A stretch of 64,000 nt of DNA from NCBI RefSeq assembly GCF_009914755.1, contig NC_060930.1. The stretch is one strand, 5' to 3'. Of the stretch, positions 49,900 through 63,516 are shown in pieces. Every line of letters starts with the position of its first letter. The stretch's first letter is position 1. The position numbers were made by a program, and so were the translations under genes. The notes below the pieces were generated by a model. That model saw only the letters and a list, made by a program, of their open reading frames with translations, was not told the origin of the DNA and ran no database searches. The DNA comes from the human T2T-CHM13v2.0 reference genome, Homo sapiens.

Positions 49900-52800
49900 A
49901 GCCTTGATAGAGGTAAGACTCTTTGAGTAAGCTTTATGCCTTTCTCTTGTGTTTGCTTTTGTGGATCAGCTTACTCCTTTCAAGGCTTTTTTTTTCCTCT
50001 TCATCGTTTTCTGAAGAGCAGATTGAAGGTAGCCTTCATGCTGCAGCTGGTTTAGCTCTACTACTAAGGCATCACTCTTCTGGAACCTTATCTAATCCTC
50101 TGGATGTTTAAAAACACTTCTCCACACTGACTGTTTGGAACTAGAATGTCTCCCAGCCCTGCCTGAGCCTTTAAACTTGTTCAGTTGGATCTTGATAGCT
50201 TTTTACAGTACCCTATCCATGCACAGCTGGTTATTTAGTAGTGGACTCAAGGAATTCCTGTGCAGATTACAGGATCTCTTTTTCTGCATATCTTCCTTCT
50301 CTATGGGAGTTTGTACCACAAATTCCAACCACCACACTCTCCTCAAACTCCGATTTCTAGATTCTCAATTCAGTGAGCCATCCATGCTCTGTTTGGTTAA
50401 ATCATTCTTGTGTTGTAGCCTTGAAAATGACTCTACATGGAAAGCTGTGGCAATAGTCAGTCCTATGTCATTTATTTTTCTTTCCTCTGGACTCACAGTC
50501 CTCTGTTGCCTTTATTTTAATCTCTGGAAACATCCGTTTCATATAATTGGTCCAGGTTTCCAGTTGTTTTATGGTGGCAGGGAAAGTTCAGTACCTAATC
50601 CATCACGGTACAACCAGAAGTTCAATTAAGAATTTTAATTCAGTATTTCCTTGTTAATTGTTAGTTTTACATCCTTTTATTTTTCTTTAGTAGTTGCTAT
50701 ATATTTTATAGCCTGCAACCTTGGCTTAAAAGGTACAATATAAATTTGTTGTTTTATTACTTCTTGGGAAATGCAAGAGTCTTAGAACATTTAATGTAGT
50801 CTCTACTAGGCTTTTGTGCTATTTCTATTCTGTGTTTATATAACACACATATGCACATACACACACACAACATCAAGACCTCATTTTTTAAAATACAGGC
50901 AACTTTTATTTATATTTGTTTACATATTTACTTTTTCCATCAGTCTTCTTTTTTTTTTTATTGCCATGCTTCCATCTACGATTATGATTCTTCTGCCTGA
51001 AAACCTCATGTTGGTATCTCTTTAGTATAGGTCTGCTGGAGTATAATCCTCTGTTTTTATTTATTTGAATATGTTTTTATTTCACCTTCTTTTTTTGAGT
51101 AAATTTTTGACTGGATATAGAAATTCTAGCTTGGCAGTTATTTTCTTTCAACATTTTGAAGATATTTTTTGGCTTCTGCTTTTTTGTTGTTGTTGAGAAG
51201 CCAGCTTTCTTCAATCTTATTTTTGATTCTTTAGAAGTAATGCTTCTTTTGTCAGATGGATAGATTGCAAAAATTGTCTCCCATTCCATAGGTTGCCTGT
51301 TCACTCTGAAGATAGTTTCTTTTGCTGTGCAGAAGCTCTTAAGTTTAACTAGATCCCATTTGTCAATTTTGGCTTTTGTTGCCATTGCTTTTGGTGTTTT
51401 AGTCCTGAAGTGTTTGCCCAAGCCTGTGTCCTGAATGGTATTGCCTAGGTTTTCTTCTAGGGTTTTTATGGTTTTAGGTCTTATGTTTTAAGTCTTTAAT
51501 CCATCTTGAGTTAACTTTCGTAAAAGGTGTAAGGAAGGGATCCAGTTTGAGTTTTCTGCATATGGCTAGCCAGTTTTCCCAATACCATTTATAAAATAAG
51601 GAATCCTTTCCCCATTGCTGTTTTTGTCAGGTTTGTCAAAGATCAGATGGTTGTAGATGTGTGGCATTATTTCTGAGGCCTCTGTTCTGTTCCATTGATC
51701 TATATATCTGTTTTGGTACCAGTACCATGCTGTTTTGGTTACTTTAGCCTTGTAGTATAGTTTGAAGTCAGGTAGTGTGATGCCTCCAGCATTGTTCTTT
51801 TTGCTTAGGATTGTCTTGGTTATATGGGCTCTTTTTTGGTTCCATATGAAATTTAAAGTAGTTTTTTCTAATTCTGTGAAGTCCATAATCTACGAGGAGC
51901 TTATACAATTTACAAGAACAAAACAACCCCATCAAAAAAGTGGGTGAAGGTTATGAACAGACACTTCTCAAAAGAAGACATTTATGTGGCCAACAAACAT
52001 AGGAGAAAAAGCTCATCATCACTGATCATTAAAGAAATGCAAATCAAAATCACAATGAGATACCATTCTCATGCCAGTTAGAATGGTGATCATTAAAAAG
52101 TCAGGAAACAACAGATGCTAGAGAGGATGTGGAGAAATAGGAAGGCTTTTACACTGTTGGTGGGAGTGTAAACTAGTTCAACCATTGTGGAAGACAGTAT
52201 GGCGATTCCTCAAGGGCCTAGAACCAGAAATACCATTTGACCCAGCAATCTCATTACTGGGTATATTTCTAAAGGATTATACATCATTCTACTAGAAAGA
52301 CACATGCACCCATATGTTTCTTGCAGCACTGTTCACAATAGCAAAGACTTGGAACCAACCCAAATGCCCATCAATGATAGACTGGATTAAGAAAATGTGG
52401 CACATATATACCATGGAATACTATGCAGCCATAAAAAAGGATTAGTTCATGTCCTTTGCAGGGACATGGATAAAGGTGGAAACCATCATTCTCAGAAAAC
52501 TAACACAGGAACAGAAAACCAAACACCACATGTTCTCACTCGTAAGTGGTAGTTGAACAATGAGAACATGTGGACATAGGGAGGGGACATCACACACCAG
52601 GGCCTTTCGGGGGTTGGGGGGCTAGGGGAGGGATAGCATTAGGAGAAATACCTAATGTAGATGCTGGGTTGATGGGTGCAGCAAACCACCATGGCATGTG
52701 TATACCTATGTAACAAACTTGCACATTCTGCACATGTATCCCAGGACTTGAAGCATTAAAAAAACAAAAAGAAGAAGTAATACTTCCTATTCTCTCATGC

Positions 52801-53700
52801 TGTTTTAAAGATTGTCTCTTTATCTTTTATTTTTTACAGTTTTGTTATTGTATGTCTGGATGTGGTTTTCTTTGTATTTTTCCTGTTTGGGAATTACAGT
52901 GCATCTTGTACCTGCGCCTTAATATTTTTCATTAGTTTAGAAAACTTCTGGTCATTAGCTCTTGAAATATTGCTCTGCTCCATTCCTCACTCCTCTTGCT
53001 GAGATTTCAAGATATGTTAGACAATTTTACCAAGCCCCAAATGTTTCTTAAGCAGTATCCTGTATTTTCCATTATTTTTTAGTTTTCTTCTTTAATATGG
53101 GTGCTTTCTTTTGACTTACATAGACTTCCATTGTGAATTACAATTTGTAGAGGTAACATGAGGTTTGAAATGATGACCTCTTTCTCCTGAAAGAATTTAC
53201 TTTTGCTTCTTGCAGGAAGTTAGGGTAGGATAGGGCATTTTAAACAGAGATCAAGTTGATTTAAAGCTGGAGTTTTGCCTTTGTGAACACTCTTTAGTCA
53301 GAGGTTGTTTTTTTGATTTTCCCATCTCAAGGTTTTCCTTTGGTCTTTTAGTTTTCCCAGCTGAAGGCCTTCAGTATTTTAACCTGTGTCTCTTCTTGGC
53401 AGGCCCTGAACGTAGTTTTTGTGTCTTTACCCCTGTGAAAATGCTGAGTGCTCTGCTTAGATTCTTTTTTTCTCATCTAAAGCTTTCAAACTAGCTAATG
53501 CCTGCAGGGTAAGAGAGGTTCCCAACATTTGCCTCACCTCTCTGGGCTTCGCTTTTTCTCTGGAATCATGTTTCTTTAGGTTGTAATTGCTTTGGTAGCT
53601 CTCCAGTGACTTCAAAGAGATGACTTTTATGTTTATTCTTGCCTTTCAGATTATTTTTGGTGAGTGTGTAGTCTTGAACAGCTAGTTCATAACTGGCTGG
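49900..53700. mobile_element. Old L1M fragments (host of the 5'-inverted L1)
   Basis: Antisense L1M ORF1-like text (ggatatagaaattctagcttggcag...tttcaacattttgaagata; ggatgtggttttctttgtatt). Confidence 0.5.
51247..52772 (+). mobile_element. 5'-inverted (twin-primed) L1PA7-like element
   Basis: Antisense ORF2 at 51247-51881, sense ORF2 end/3'UTR/A-tail at 51882-52772; TSD agaagtaat(g/a)cttc at 51233-51246 and 52773-52786. Confidence 0.93.
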
Positions 53701-53859
53701 GAAAAGAGATTCCCTATGGGTTGGAATTAGAAGGGTGTTGTATAGAACCTGTCTTCTCCAAACAGAAAGGATGCTCCATGAGGGCTGCACTTCTGTCCTT
53801 CAGCTCTACTAGACTGTTAGCTATTGTTCAGATTGGCCAGACTTTCTTCTGGCTCAGAT

Positions 53860-54150
53860 CCATTGTATTTGCTATTTCCTATACCTGGAATGCTCTTGTT
53901 GTTTCTCTTCATTTAACAAACTCACACTCATCTTGCAAATCTTAGACTAAACATCATTTCATAGTGAAGCCTTCCTTCACCTCCCAGACTAGGTTAGATT
54001 CCCCTGAATTTTTCTCTTTCAGTAATTTGCACACTTAGAATTATGAAATTAATTATGATTTAATGTCTGTCTTATCCAGACAGGAATTCAGTCTGCTTCT
54101 CAAGATTGTGCCAGCACAATGCCAGTCACGTAGTAGATGTTCCAAAAATA
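53860..54150 (+). mobile_element. L2 3' fragment
   Basis: tttgctatttcctatacctggaatgctctt...gtgaagccttccttcacc...agcacaatgccagtcacgtagtagatgttc. Confidence 0.7.
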
Positions 54151-57100
54151 AATATAATCTGCACTGACATGCTTTAAGCTAGACTAATATTTTCTAAAAT
54201 GTGTTCTATGACAAAGATGTTCTAAGTTGAGATAACCTTTGGAAAAACTTCATTGTATAACTGCCTTGGGGAATATCATAATAGACAATAACATATATTT
54301 AAAACTTAGAAATTCCATGTTAAACAAAGCTGCTTGACTTTGCTTATTCCTGAGTTTAACATTTAAAAGATAAATATTAATTCTGCAGAATATACTTCAA
54401 AAATCATTTGGTTAGATATTTTCTAGAAATGGAAACTCAGAGCATTTTTCAGTTTTAGGAAAAACAAACTTCATTCCAGAATGAGTCTATATATTGCAAA
54501 ATCTGGATGAGTGAAATCAAAATCAAAGAGGCTTGAAGGACAACTCCATTCCAGCAATATGTGCAGGACTAGAGTTAAGCTGACATGGACAAAAGATTTT
54601 CTGCCTCCAGTTTACTGCAATCTGTATAGCTCCGGAAATTGCACAAAACAGGAAGGTTTTAAGCACTGATTTCAAGGGACTGTCCTCATGAGCTGAAGTA
54701 TTGTATATTGAATGGCCTATTTCAGCCACATTCTCTTTTTTGCAGTCAGGTAGCCCCAGCAAATACGTTGCATTTGCCAGACTGATGTTGACAATTAACT
54801 AGCCCTTGCATCAAAGAAGAATGATATGAGAAGTAAAATTAGATGGAAGCAGCATTTCAACTGGTAAATAAAACAATTTTCTTTTCAGAGAATTCCCAGT
54901 AGCTAATTGTAAATTGAAAATTGTTTCAACATTAAGTAATAACTAATTTACATTAATTCCTATTGGCTTTCCCTCTTCTCTTTCTTTCCCTCTGGCTCTT
55001 TCCTTCATTTAATGAATTTGGAATTAATCACTAGAAATAAACCATGATTATACTCACATCTGTATAACTGTTACTTCTCTAACCCTTCAGCTATTTTTCT
55101 TCTCCTTCAAAATATATTTGCCCCTTAAGATTTTATGCTAAATCTCCTCTCCTACCCTCTCTTTCTCTCTTCTATTTCATGCATCCCTTGTCCCTTTCAA
55201 TCCACATTGTTCTTTTCCTCTTTATTACAAATATCTCTTTGACTCCTACTTTTCAGAAATAGTATTAGCTTTTATGCATCACGGAATTGTGGGGGATGTA
55301 AACATGATGTGGGGCATAGTTGGAACAGCAAAATTAAGCTGAACACAAATAAAAAGTGTAATAGAATTAATTTGAACCTCACACTTTTTCCATTTTCTCC
55401 TGTTTACATAGACTATACCCTTTAGGATTTCTAACAGTATCTGGCTTCAGGATGCTGCCTGCTCTTGGCTTTTGACTCAGCCTTGCCCTATTATTATATT
55501 TCCATTCAGGTATTTTCACACAGGGAGTCTATGGCACCATTTATCAGCTGGTGGATGAATGTCAAATCTGTGTCTTCATCCATGACAACTGGATATCAGT
55601 CTAACCTATCTTTTGGATATGTTTACATAGTTATTCTAATAGTATCTCAGATTTATTATGTCCAAACTTTAAGTGAATATCCATAATACTTTCAGCTGAG
55701 TATTTGACAAGGTAGAGAATTCCAGTTTTCTTTCTTCTTACATCAAACATACTTGTTCCCATTATTCTCTCCATTATTTTGTGAATGATACCATTATTTT
55801 ATGAATGATACATGGTGTCATTAATAAATAAATCCAGCACACAATTTGTATTTTTCTCCCAATTTTTTTGAACAAATATTTAACTGAATCTTCTGTTTTA
55901 AGAACAAATGTTGGGATTCTATACTTAGGAGGTCAGTTATGCTCCCCATAACTTTGCTGTTTAATGGAGATTCTGGCAGAGAAACAAGTACTAGAGTAAC
56001 AATGGTAAGCACAGGGTACTGTGGGAGCATAGAAGAGGACACTTACCCAGCATGGGAGAGTCACAGAAGATTCCCTAGAGGAGATGACTAGTATCTCCAG
56101 TATCTCAAGTTACCAAACACAAGTAAAAATTATTTCCAGAGAAAGTGAGGGCAGTGAATGGTGGCAAGAAGAGCTTTTCAAGGAGTAGGAGAAATATGTG
56201 AAGATCTGAATACACCCCCATCCTACCCTTTCTTTAACAGGGAAAGAAGTGGGGACATGAACAGGGTACTGCACAGGTCAAGATAGTCCCTGAGTACCTA
56301 GTTAAAGAGTACACATCTTGAGGGAAGAACATCAGTGAATGGTTGGCATGAGGCAGGGCTGTGTGACTGGTTCTGTCCAATGGGCTTTGAGGGTGAGTGA
56401 CAGTGAAAAGTCACTGACTATGCTATTTTTCAGTCTTTCTTCAACTGCCATATCAAGTAAGGATGTGGGTTTCAGATGGTACAGCTGCAGGAAGGTAGAG
56501 ACCCCACTGTCCTGTGCTGCTCAGTCACTGTACAAACATCACTTACCCTGGAGGGTGTCTGACATGGAGCAGACAGCCTTACTGAGATTTTGGGATCACT
56601 TGTTACCAGAGCAGAATACTGACTGTCTAATTGATATTCATTCATAGAAAGATATTTCCTTATACCCAATCTAAAATTGCTAGCCTCTTTTCAGTCATCG
56701 TCACATAATTCAAAGCAATTATCACCATATGAAACAATCTTTCATTTGTTTATTTTTATTGTCTGCATTTATCTTCTATAATATGAACTCTGCAAAGTAA
56801 TGAACTGTCTGTCTTGTATTCCAGAGCTTAGAACAATGTGTGGCACATAACATAAAAAAAGACCATTTCAAACTGAGGATACTTTTGCAGAAAAAATGAG
56901 AAAAGGATGTAGTACATAACCATTTTGTGAATTGCTTACAGAAAGAGAAATTTAATTTTATTTCTTACACAGTATGCAAAATATGGAAGGAGAGAGTGAA
57001 AGGCTTTATATAGATTATTTTAGTCAGAAACAGAGGCCTGGGCACCAATTTGGGTGTGAAGATAAGAATAAGGGAGTTCAGAATTCAATTAACTTGAATC

Positions 57101-57949
57101 ATTGCTGTTGTCATTACTGATTTTACACCTTGTGATAGCAATAACTTATGGTGGCAGATTTCAGAACTTCCCCTGGTATTTTATGGTTTGTGTGTATGTC
57201 TTTCAGAGGCCCTTCTGTTATTTGTTTCACACAAGTACATTTTCATTCCTGATTTCTGTTAGTGATAGGAATACTGCCCTATTGCTCTTATTGATTTCCC
57301 CAAATTAAGATATAAAGTTACCATGACAGACAACAGCATCTTATAGCTTGAGATTAGATGATGCTGAATAAAGAAACATCTTAGTTTCTGAATCACAGAT
57401 GATGAATTTTGGAACAAAATATAAGGCTGCTAAGCAAAACAAATTAGTGGCATGCCAGTGATCACTAAGAGTATGATGAATACTCATTGAAACAGTCTAT
57501 AAGATTTAGCCTTTAAAGTCTAACAAACTTAGAGTTCTCTTGCTGGTTTTCTATCATTATATGAATAAAGTGGAGGTTATAACAGCCTCAAAATCATAAG
57601 GTTCTAATGGGAGATTAAATGGATAACTCATCTGAAGCACTTAGCATGATGATTGGCACTTAGTAAGCACTCTTGGAAAGCCTTCATTTTCCCCTTTTAT
57701 CTTCTTCTTTTACTTTTATTTTTGCCCAAGTCCCCACAGCTGGTGAAACAGCCTACATTCTTATCTAGTATATTTTGAATCCAGACTCCTGTGCTTTTTG
57801 TATTGTGCAATTCTGCAGATTACTTGTGTTACCAATTATACAAACAAATAAGTGGACACTTTAAAAAATCTTATGAGGTGGCTTCATAATATTTTCATTG
57901 AAATATTGTGTTAATGTTTTATTTTGTTGTATTTTTTTCTTCTCAGCAT

Positions 57950-58845
57950 ACTGTGTCAACTTCTTCTAACAAGAGCATATCTCTTTTCTTTGAGACCCAT
58001 TCCTTTCCCACAACCCATTACATTCGATCTTGTGGGACTGCTGGTTTCAGCATCTTGGCCCAATAGTCACGATGTGATCATGTGAGCATAAGATCTGTCA
58101 TAGGGCTATGATCTCCTGGATGCAATGGTGATTCCAACAGTTGGATGTGTGACTCAAGTTGAGGTGTTGTGATAAAGAGTTTGACTGCATGTTTTAGTTT
58201 TGACTGTAACCACTTTTAAGCCTCACTCCTCTGTCTTCCCTTCTGCTTCTGGGAAAGCTGATAATAAAAAAGCCAGTATTCTCTCCTTTGGTGATGGTGG
58301 ATGATTCAAGCCACATAAGCCCCTGCCCACGCTTGGGAATCCTCACCCAGACCCCCACCTCCTAACCACAATACAAGCCTTAGATCAGTTGCCTTTTCTT
58401 TTCTAAACCCAGCTTGGAAAGTCTATCCTGCTTTCCTAGAAAACTTCATTATATAAGTAGTAACCCATTTTAATGCCTTCATGGTGCATGTGTGGTGTCA
58501 TCAGTTTTGACATCTGATTCAAACTTTGAGTAAGGATCCATCCTGCTTCTGAAAAATGGCAATAATGGATATTATGTGGATCTCTTTTTTCACTTGAATT
58601 GTGAGCTCTAATGATATGACCCTGAGGTGCCAGTCACCATATCCCTCACAACATGAACAGGTCTGAGAGAACAGAGTCAACACCCAGAGAGAAGCAGAGT
58701 CAGTGAGAGTGTCTTGATGTCACGTGCCTGTTCTAGGGTCCACTCCACACTTCCCAGTTACAGATGCCAAAAATTTCCCCTTCATAGCTTAAGGTAGTTT
58801 TCATGGTTCCAGTAACTTTCAACAAAAAGAATCCAGACTTACAAG
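57950..58845. mobile_element. ERVL LTR (LTR16-like) interrupted by an LTR47-like solo LTR (~58165-58565)
   Basis: tgttgtgataaagagtttgactgc... inner element; outer element resumes agagaagcagag...cttcccagttaca...gcttaagg; family names from memory. Confidence 0.55.
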
Positions 58846-59934
58846 GAGATTATTTAGGAAAAATATCTTAACAGGCTTTAGAAATACAGGTGAGACCCCA
58901 AGACTCTGAGCATTGAAGAAAGTTTTAGAAAAGAAGATTGAGTTGCTCTCTATGAGGCAAGGAAAGGCTTTTTTTTTTTTTTTTTTTTTTTTTGCTTTTG
59001 TTGCATTGGAATATTAAGAAAGACAAGGGAAGTGTGCAACATGGGGGAGATGCCAGGAGAGATATGTGTGAGCACAGAGAGTGGAAGGGCCCTTGGAGGA
59101 AAGGAATGTCTAGAAAGAATCTTAAAATTGTTAGGTGACTCCTTCTCATGATCCTGACCTTCAGTAAGGTGTTCTGTTCTTAATAATGCAGATGTTGCTT
59201 CTGTGGAAATGCAAGAAGTGGCTGTTGAAATTACATTTGTTTTGCTAAGAAGCAAAACAGAGACTCCACCTCTAAGAATGCAGAGGAGGCCTCCATTAGT
59301 TCACTGGCAACCTGAGAAAGCCTTTCAGCTTGCACAGGCTGCGGAATAGAGGTGGGACTTTGGTGACAATTTTACTTAGAGTTTAAAGGGCAGAGATTTC
59401 ATGCTGACAACTGAATTATATACAGTTTGGAGTGAATAAGAACAAATCTGATTTGTAGACAACATTATTCGAATAAGTCACTGTGAAAACTGTACTTTTT
59501 TTCTCAAACCTTATGGGTACCATTTAGTAATTTATTACTGTGCATTAGTAGTAATGTGGTGACTTATAAAAGTTCATTTTCTTTATATGCCTAATTTATG
59601 TCCATGTCATAACCTAGGTACTGGGGAAAATTCACTCATTATATGCTCAAAAATAGATTTTTAAAAAGCAACACGGGCAAAATCTATTAAAAACAGATTT
59701 TTTAAAAAGCCCGTAATTTTAGTTTTGTTTTAATTCATTGATATTGATCTAAACTAAAGGTTCATTAATTTAGCATTGCCATATTTTTGCTAAGTAGAAT
59801 ATTATAGTACTTGTATTAACTCAGTATATCCCAAGAATTTTTCGAAGTTTTTAAATAAGTAATCATAGTTATTTATGTGGGCTTGTAAATTAATGTTTTT
59901 TTAAAATTTTGAATAAAAAGTACTTAATAAGCAT

Positions 59935-60125
59935 ATAGAATTAGAATTCTAGAGCTGGAAGGGGCCTTAAATTATACGTTCATTCTTAAATTTAAATTGT
60001 TCATTCTGTTCCCTTAATTTATACGTGACTAATTGAGACCCAGAAAAACTGAGTGGCTTGCTCAAACCATACACGTGGAATTGAAACCAGAACTGCAGAC
60101 ACTTGGTTCTTGGTCAAGTCTTGTT
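59935..60125 (-). mobile_element. MIR SINE
   Basis: agagctggaaggggcctt...aattgagacccagaaa...gtggcttgctcaaaccatacac. Confidence 0.65.
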
Positions 60126-60283
60126 TCCAACATGGCATTTTCTCCATCTATAAAATGAAGGAGATGGACTACATAATTTTTATGGTTCTTTTCTCCTCTA
60201 ATATTATCCATTTAAAAATCTAATGATTTAGGTAGTTTCTATATTTTTATGTAAACTTCCAAGTAACTGGGAACAAAAGCTAC

Positions 60284-60409
60284 TTATCAGAACACATGGA
60301 GCTGAAATGTGTCTTGTGCATAGTGGCTCTCATAGTGGCTCTCAACATGTTTATCAGAACACGTGGAGCTGAAATGTGTCTTGTGCATAGTGGCTCTCAA
60401 CACGTTTAT
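60284..60409. repeat. 55-bp tandem duplication with nested 12-bp duplication
   Basis: ttatcagaacac(a/g)tggagctgaaatgtgtcttgtgcatagtggctct at 60284 and 60351; catagtggctct doubled in copy 1. Confidence 0.92.
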
Positions 60410-61244
60410 GTAATCCAGGAAATATCATGCAGCTGTTAGTCATTCGATTGCTTATTATGAAATAGAACACTTTGTCTAGTTGCTCTCACCTGCCATTATC
60501 TTAGCAGTTTGTGTAAGGGACCACACTTAAGAAATAAACACTTTCCACATGAGAAAGGAGGTGTAAAATCAGGCTCCATAATCAAACACCAAGGTTTTAT
60601 TGCACTCTTGCTGTATATTTAGTATGGTGCCAGAGATAGGACTGGGTAAAAAAATGTGTAAGGCACCACACTCAATAGTGTCTTAACCCAGGGGAGGAGA
60701 TAGAGCTATTTTATATATTTTTTTAAAACCCAGAAAAATTATATGCTATGTTATGTGCTTCTGACTCCACGTGAAATAAGAATTCCAGGAAGAAAAAATC
60801 ATCTTCTTTATAGCTCCCTATTTCTTTATACTTAAGCTGTATTTTTCACACTTTGGAAATAAAGTTTGGATAGTTGGCATGAGCTACTTAGGGTTTTAAA
60901 AACCAAGGTGAGGAATTCTGACCTGATGAGAAAAATAAAAGAAGCCACTAATATATGTGTGTATAGGCAGGTGAGGTGATGGAAATGCAGTTTTAAAATT
61001 AGTGTCAGGCAGTGGGTATGCAAGCTGAACTGCAGATAGGAAGTGTGAATGAAGGAAATAAAAGCAGTTTCAGCAATCCTAGATGATGTAATGTGGATGT
61101 GTTAAGATATGTAATGCTGATTGCTGAAACAACTTCAAAAGTCAGTGGCTTAACACAATAAAGTATTATTCCTCTCTCATGTTGCAGTGCCATATGGATT
61201 AGTGGGAGGTTTGGTGCAATAAAATCATTTAGGATCTTACGTAA

Positions 61245-61672
<428 letters not shown>

Positions 61673-61861
61673 TAGGATCACCTAGAGCAAGTCCTGGGAA
61701 TTGTAGTTCAGTAGTGTGACTAGGAAAGGGAAACTGGCTTGGTAAACATCTAACCAGCCTCCTTTCCAAGGTTCTCTAGGAAAATAAATTTTGACAAATG
61801 TAAAAAAATGTAAATAACACTAACATTTACTGAATGGAATATGAACTGTGCAGTATGGCAA

Positions 61862-62020
61862 CAGTTCCTAAACTTGCGTGATGATCCTGATTATTTGGGA
61901 AAGTTATTAAAAACATTCATTTTGAGCCGTGTACCTGGATCTCTGGAGGAAAGGTCATGAAATCTGTGCTTTTAATGTTTTTCAGGTGATTTTGATCACT
62001 GGCGAGTTTCAGAAGCACTG
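61862..62020. mobile_element. MER5A-like hAT MITE
   Basis: cagttcctaaactt...aatctgtgcttttaa...caggtgatt...agtttcagaagcactg. Confidence 0.6.
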
Positions 62021-62714
62021 TTTTACACAAATACAACCTTTTGTGTAGGTGCTTTTAATTTTCCATTTTACACACGAGGTTTTTGAGGTTAATTAACTTG
62101 CTCAAGGTCACAGAAATAGGGGGTGGCAGAAATAGAACTTGAATTCGATCCTGCCAGACCCTAAAGATGAACACTTAAACTTTCTTTTATCACTCCATGA
62201 GAATTACAGCTAATTATTAAGGAACTTATGGACCTCCACATATTTTTTATATATCTAATATACTTTTTAGTATTTTTATAAATGCTGTGATATTGGATTT
62301 TTAAATTTTTTATTTCTGAATAAGAGGGTATATTCATAAACACAAAAACATGAAATTTTAGGACTAGACATACTCTCCACTTCAGATCAAGAGAAGTTCA
62401 ACACAGATGTAATATATGCTTTTGGTTACTATTATGTCGTGAATTTCAGAAACTAAAAATAAATTGAGTAAGTTTGGCGGTGCCTCAAAAGATAGTTTTG
62501 GCCATTTGTAGGAAAAATATCCCATCATCTACAAGGATAGACTGGGTGAGGCACAGGTCAACTGAATGGCCCAAGTCAGTCAGTGATGCTGCTCTAAAAA
62601 CCAGGATAAACACAGATAAACATCTTGAGGCAGGAATATCTCACCTTGGTAATGACAAGTAATTGCTGGGGTAGAAATGTCAGTGAACAATCTTTAGTGA
62701 TAAAAATTCAAAGA

Positions 62715-63510
62715 TGTGAAGCAACAAACTAGCAGAAAAAGAAATCAAGAAAGTAGTTCTATTTATAATAGCTAACAACAACAAATATCTAGGAATAAAC
62801 TTAATCAAGGAGATAAGAGATCTCTACAAAGAAAACTATGAAACATGATGAAAGATATTGAAGAGGACACAAATGTAAAGACATCCTATGTTTATGAATT
62901 AGAATAATTAATATTGTTAAAATGACCATATTACTCAAAGAGACTGATTCAATGCAATTCCTATCAAAATGCCAATGATATTCTTAACATAAATAGGAAA
63001 CAAAATTCTGAAATTTGTATGGAATCATGAAAGACCCCAAATAGCCAAAGAAATCTTGAACAAAAAGAGCTGGAGGCATCACACCACCAAACTTCAAAAT
63101 ATCTTACAAAGCTATAATAATCAAAACAGCATGGTATTGGCATAAAAACAGACACATAGACCAATGGAACAGAATAGAGAATGCAGAAATAAATCTAAAA
63201 TTAGTTGGCTATACTGACAGCCAACTGAATGTTTTGAGAAAGGTAGTGACAACATTCATTGGGAAAGGGATAGTCTCTTCGATATATGGTGCTGGGAAAC
63301 CTGTATATCCTTATGCAAAAAAATAAAACTAGATTTTTTTATATCTCACCATATATAAAAATCACTCAAAATGAATTAAAGACTTAAATATAAGACCTGA
63401 AATTATAAAACTACTGAAGAAAACATAGGGGAAATGCTTCAGGACATTGGTCTGTGAAAAGATTTCATGGAGAAGACTTCAAAAGCACAGACAACAAGAG
63501 CAAAAGTGAT
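62715..63510 (+). mobile_element. L1MA-like ORF2 fragment
   Basis: gctggaggcatcacacc...aaacagcatggtattggcataaaaacagacacatagaccaatggaacagaatagaga. Confidence 0.85.
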
Positions 63511-63516
63511 CTCAAG

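Noticed and set aside
50135-50629. 164-aa ORF
   Set aside because: Non-ATG start, lies in decayed L1M-like sequence, no motif.
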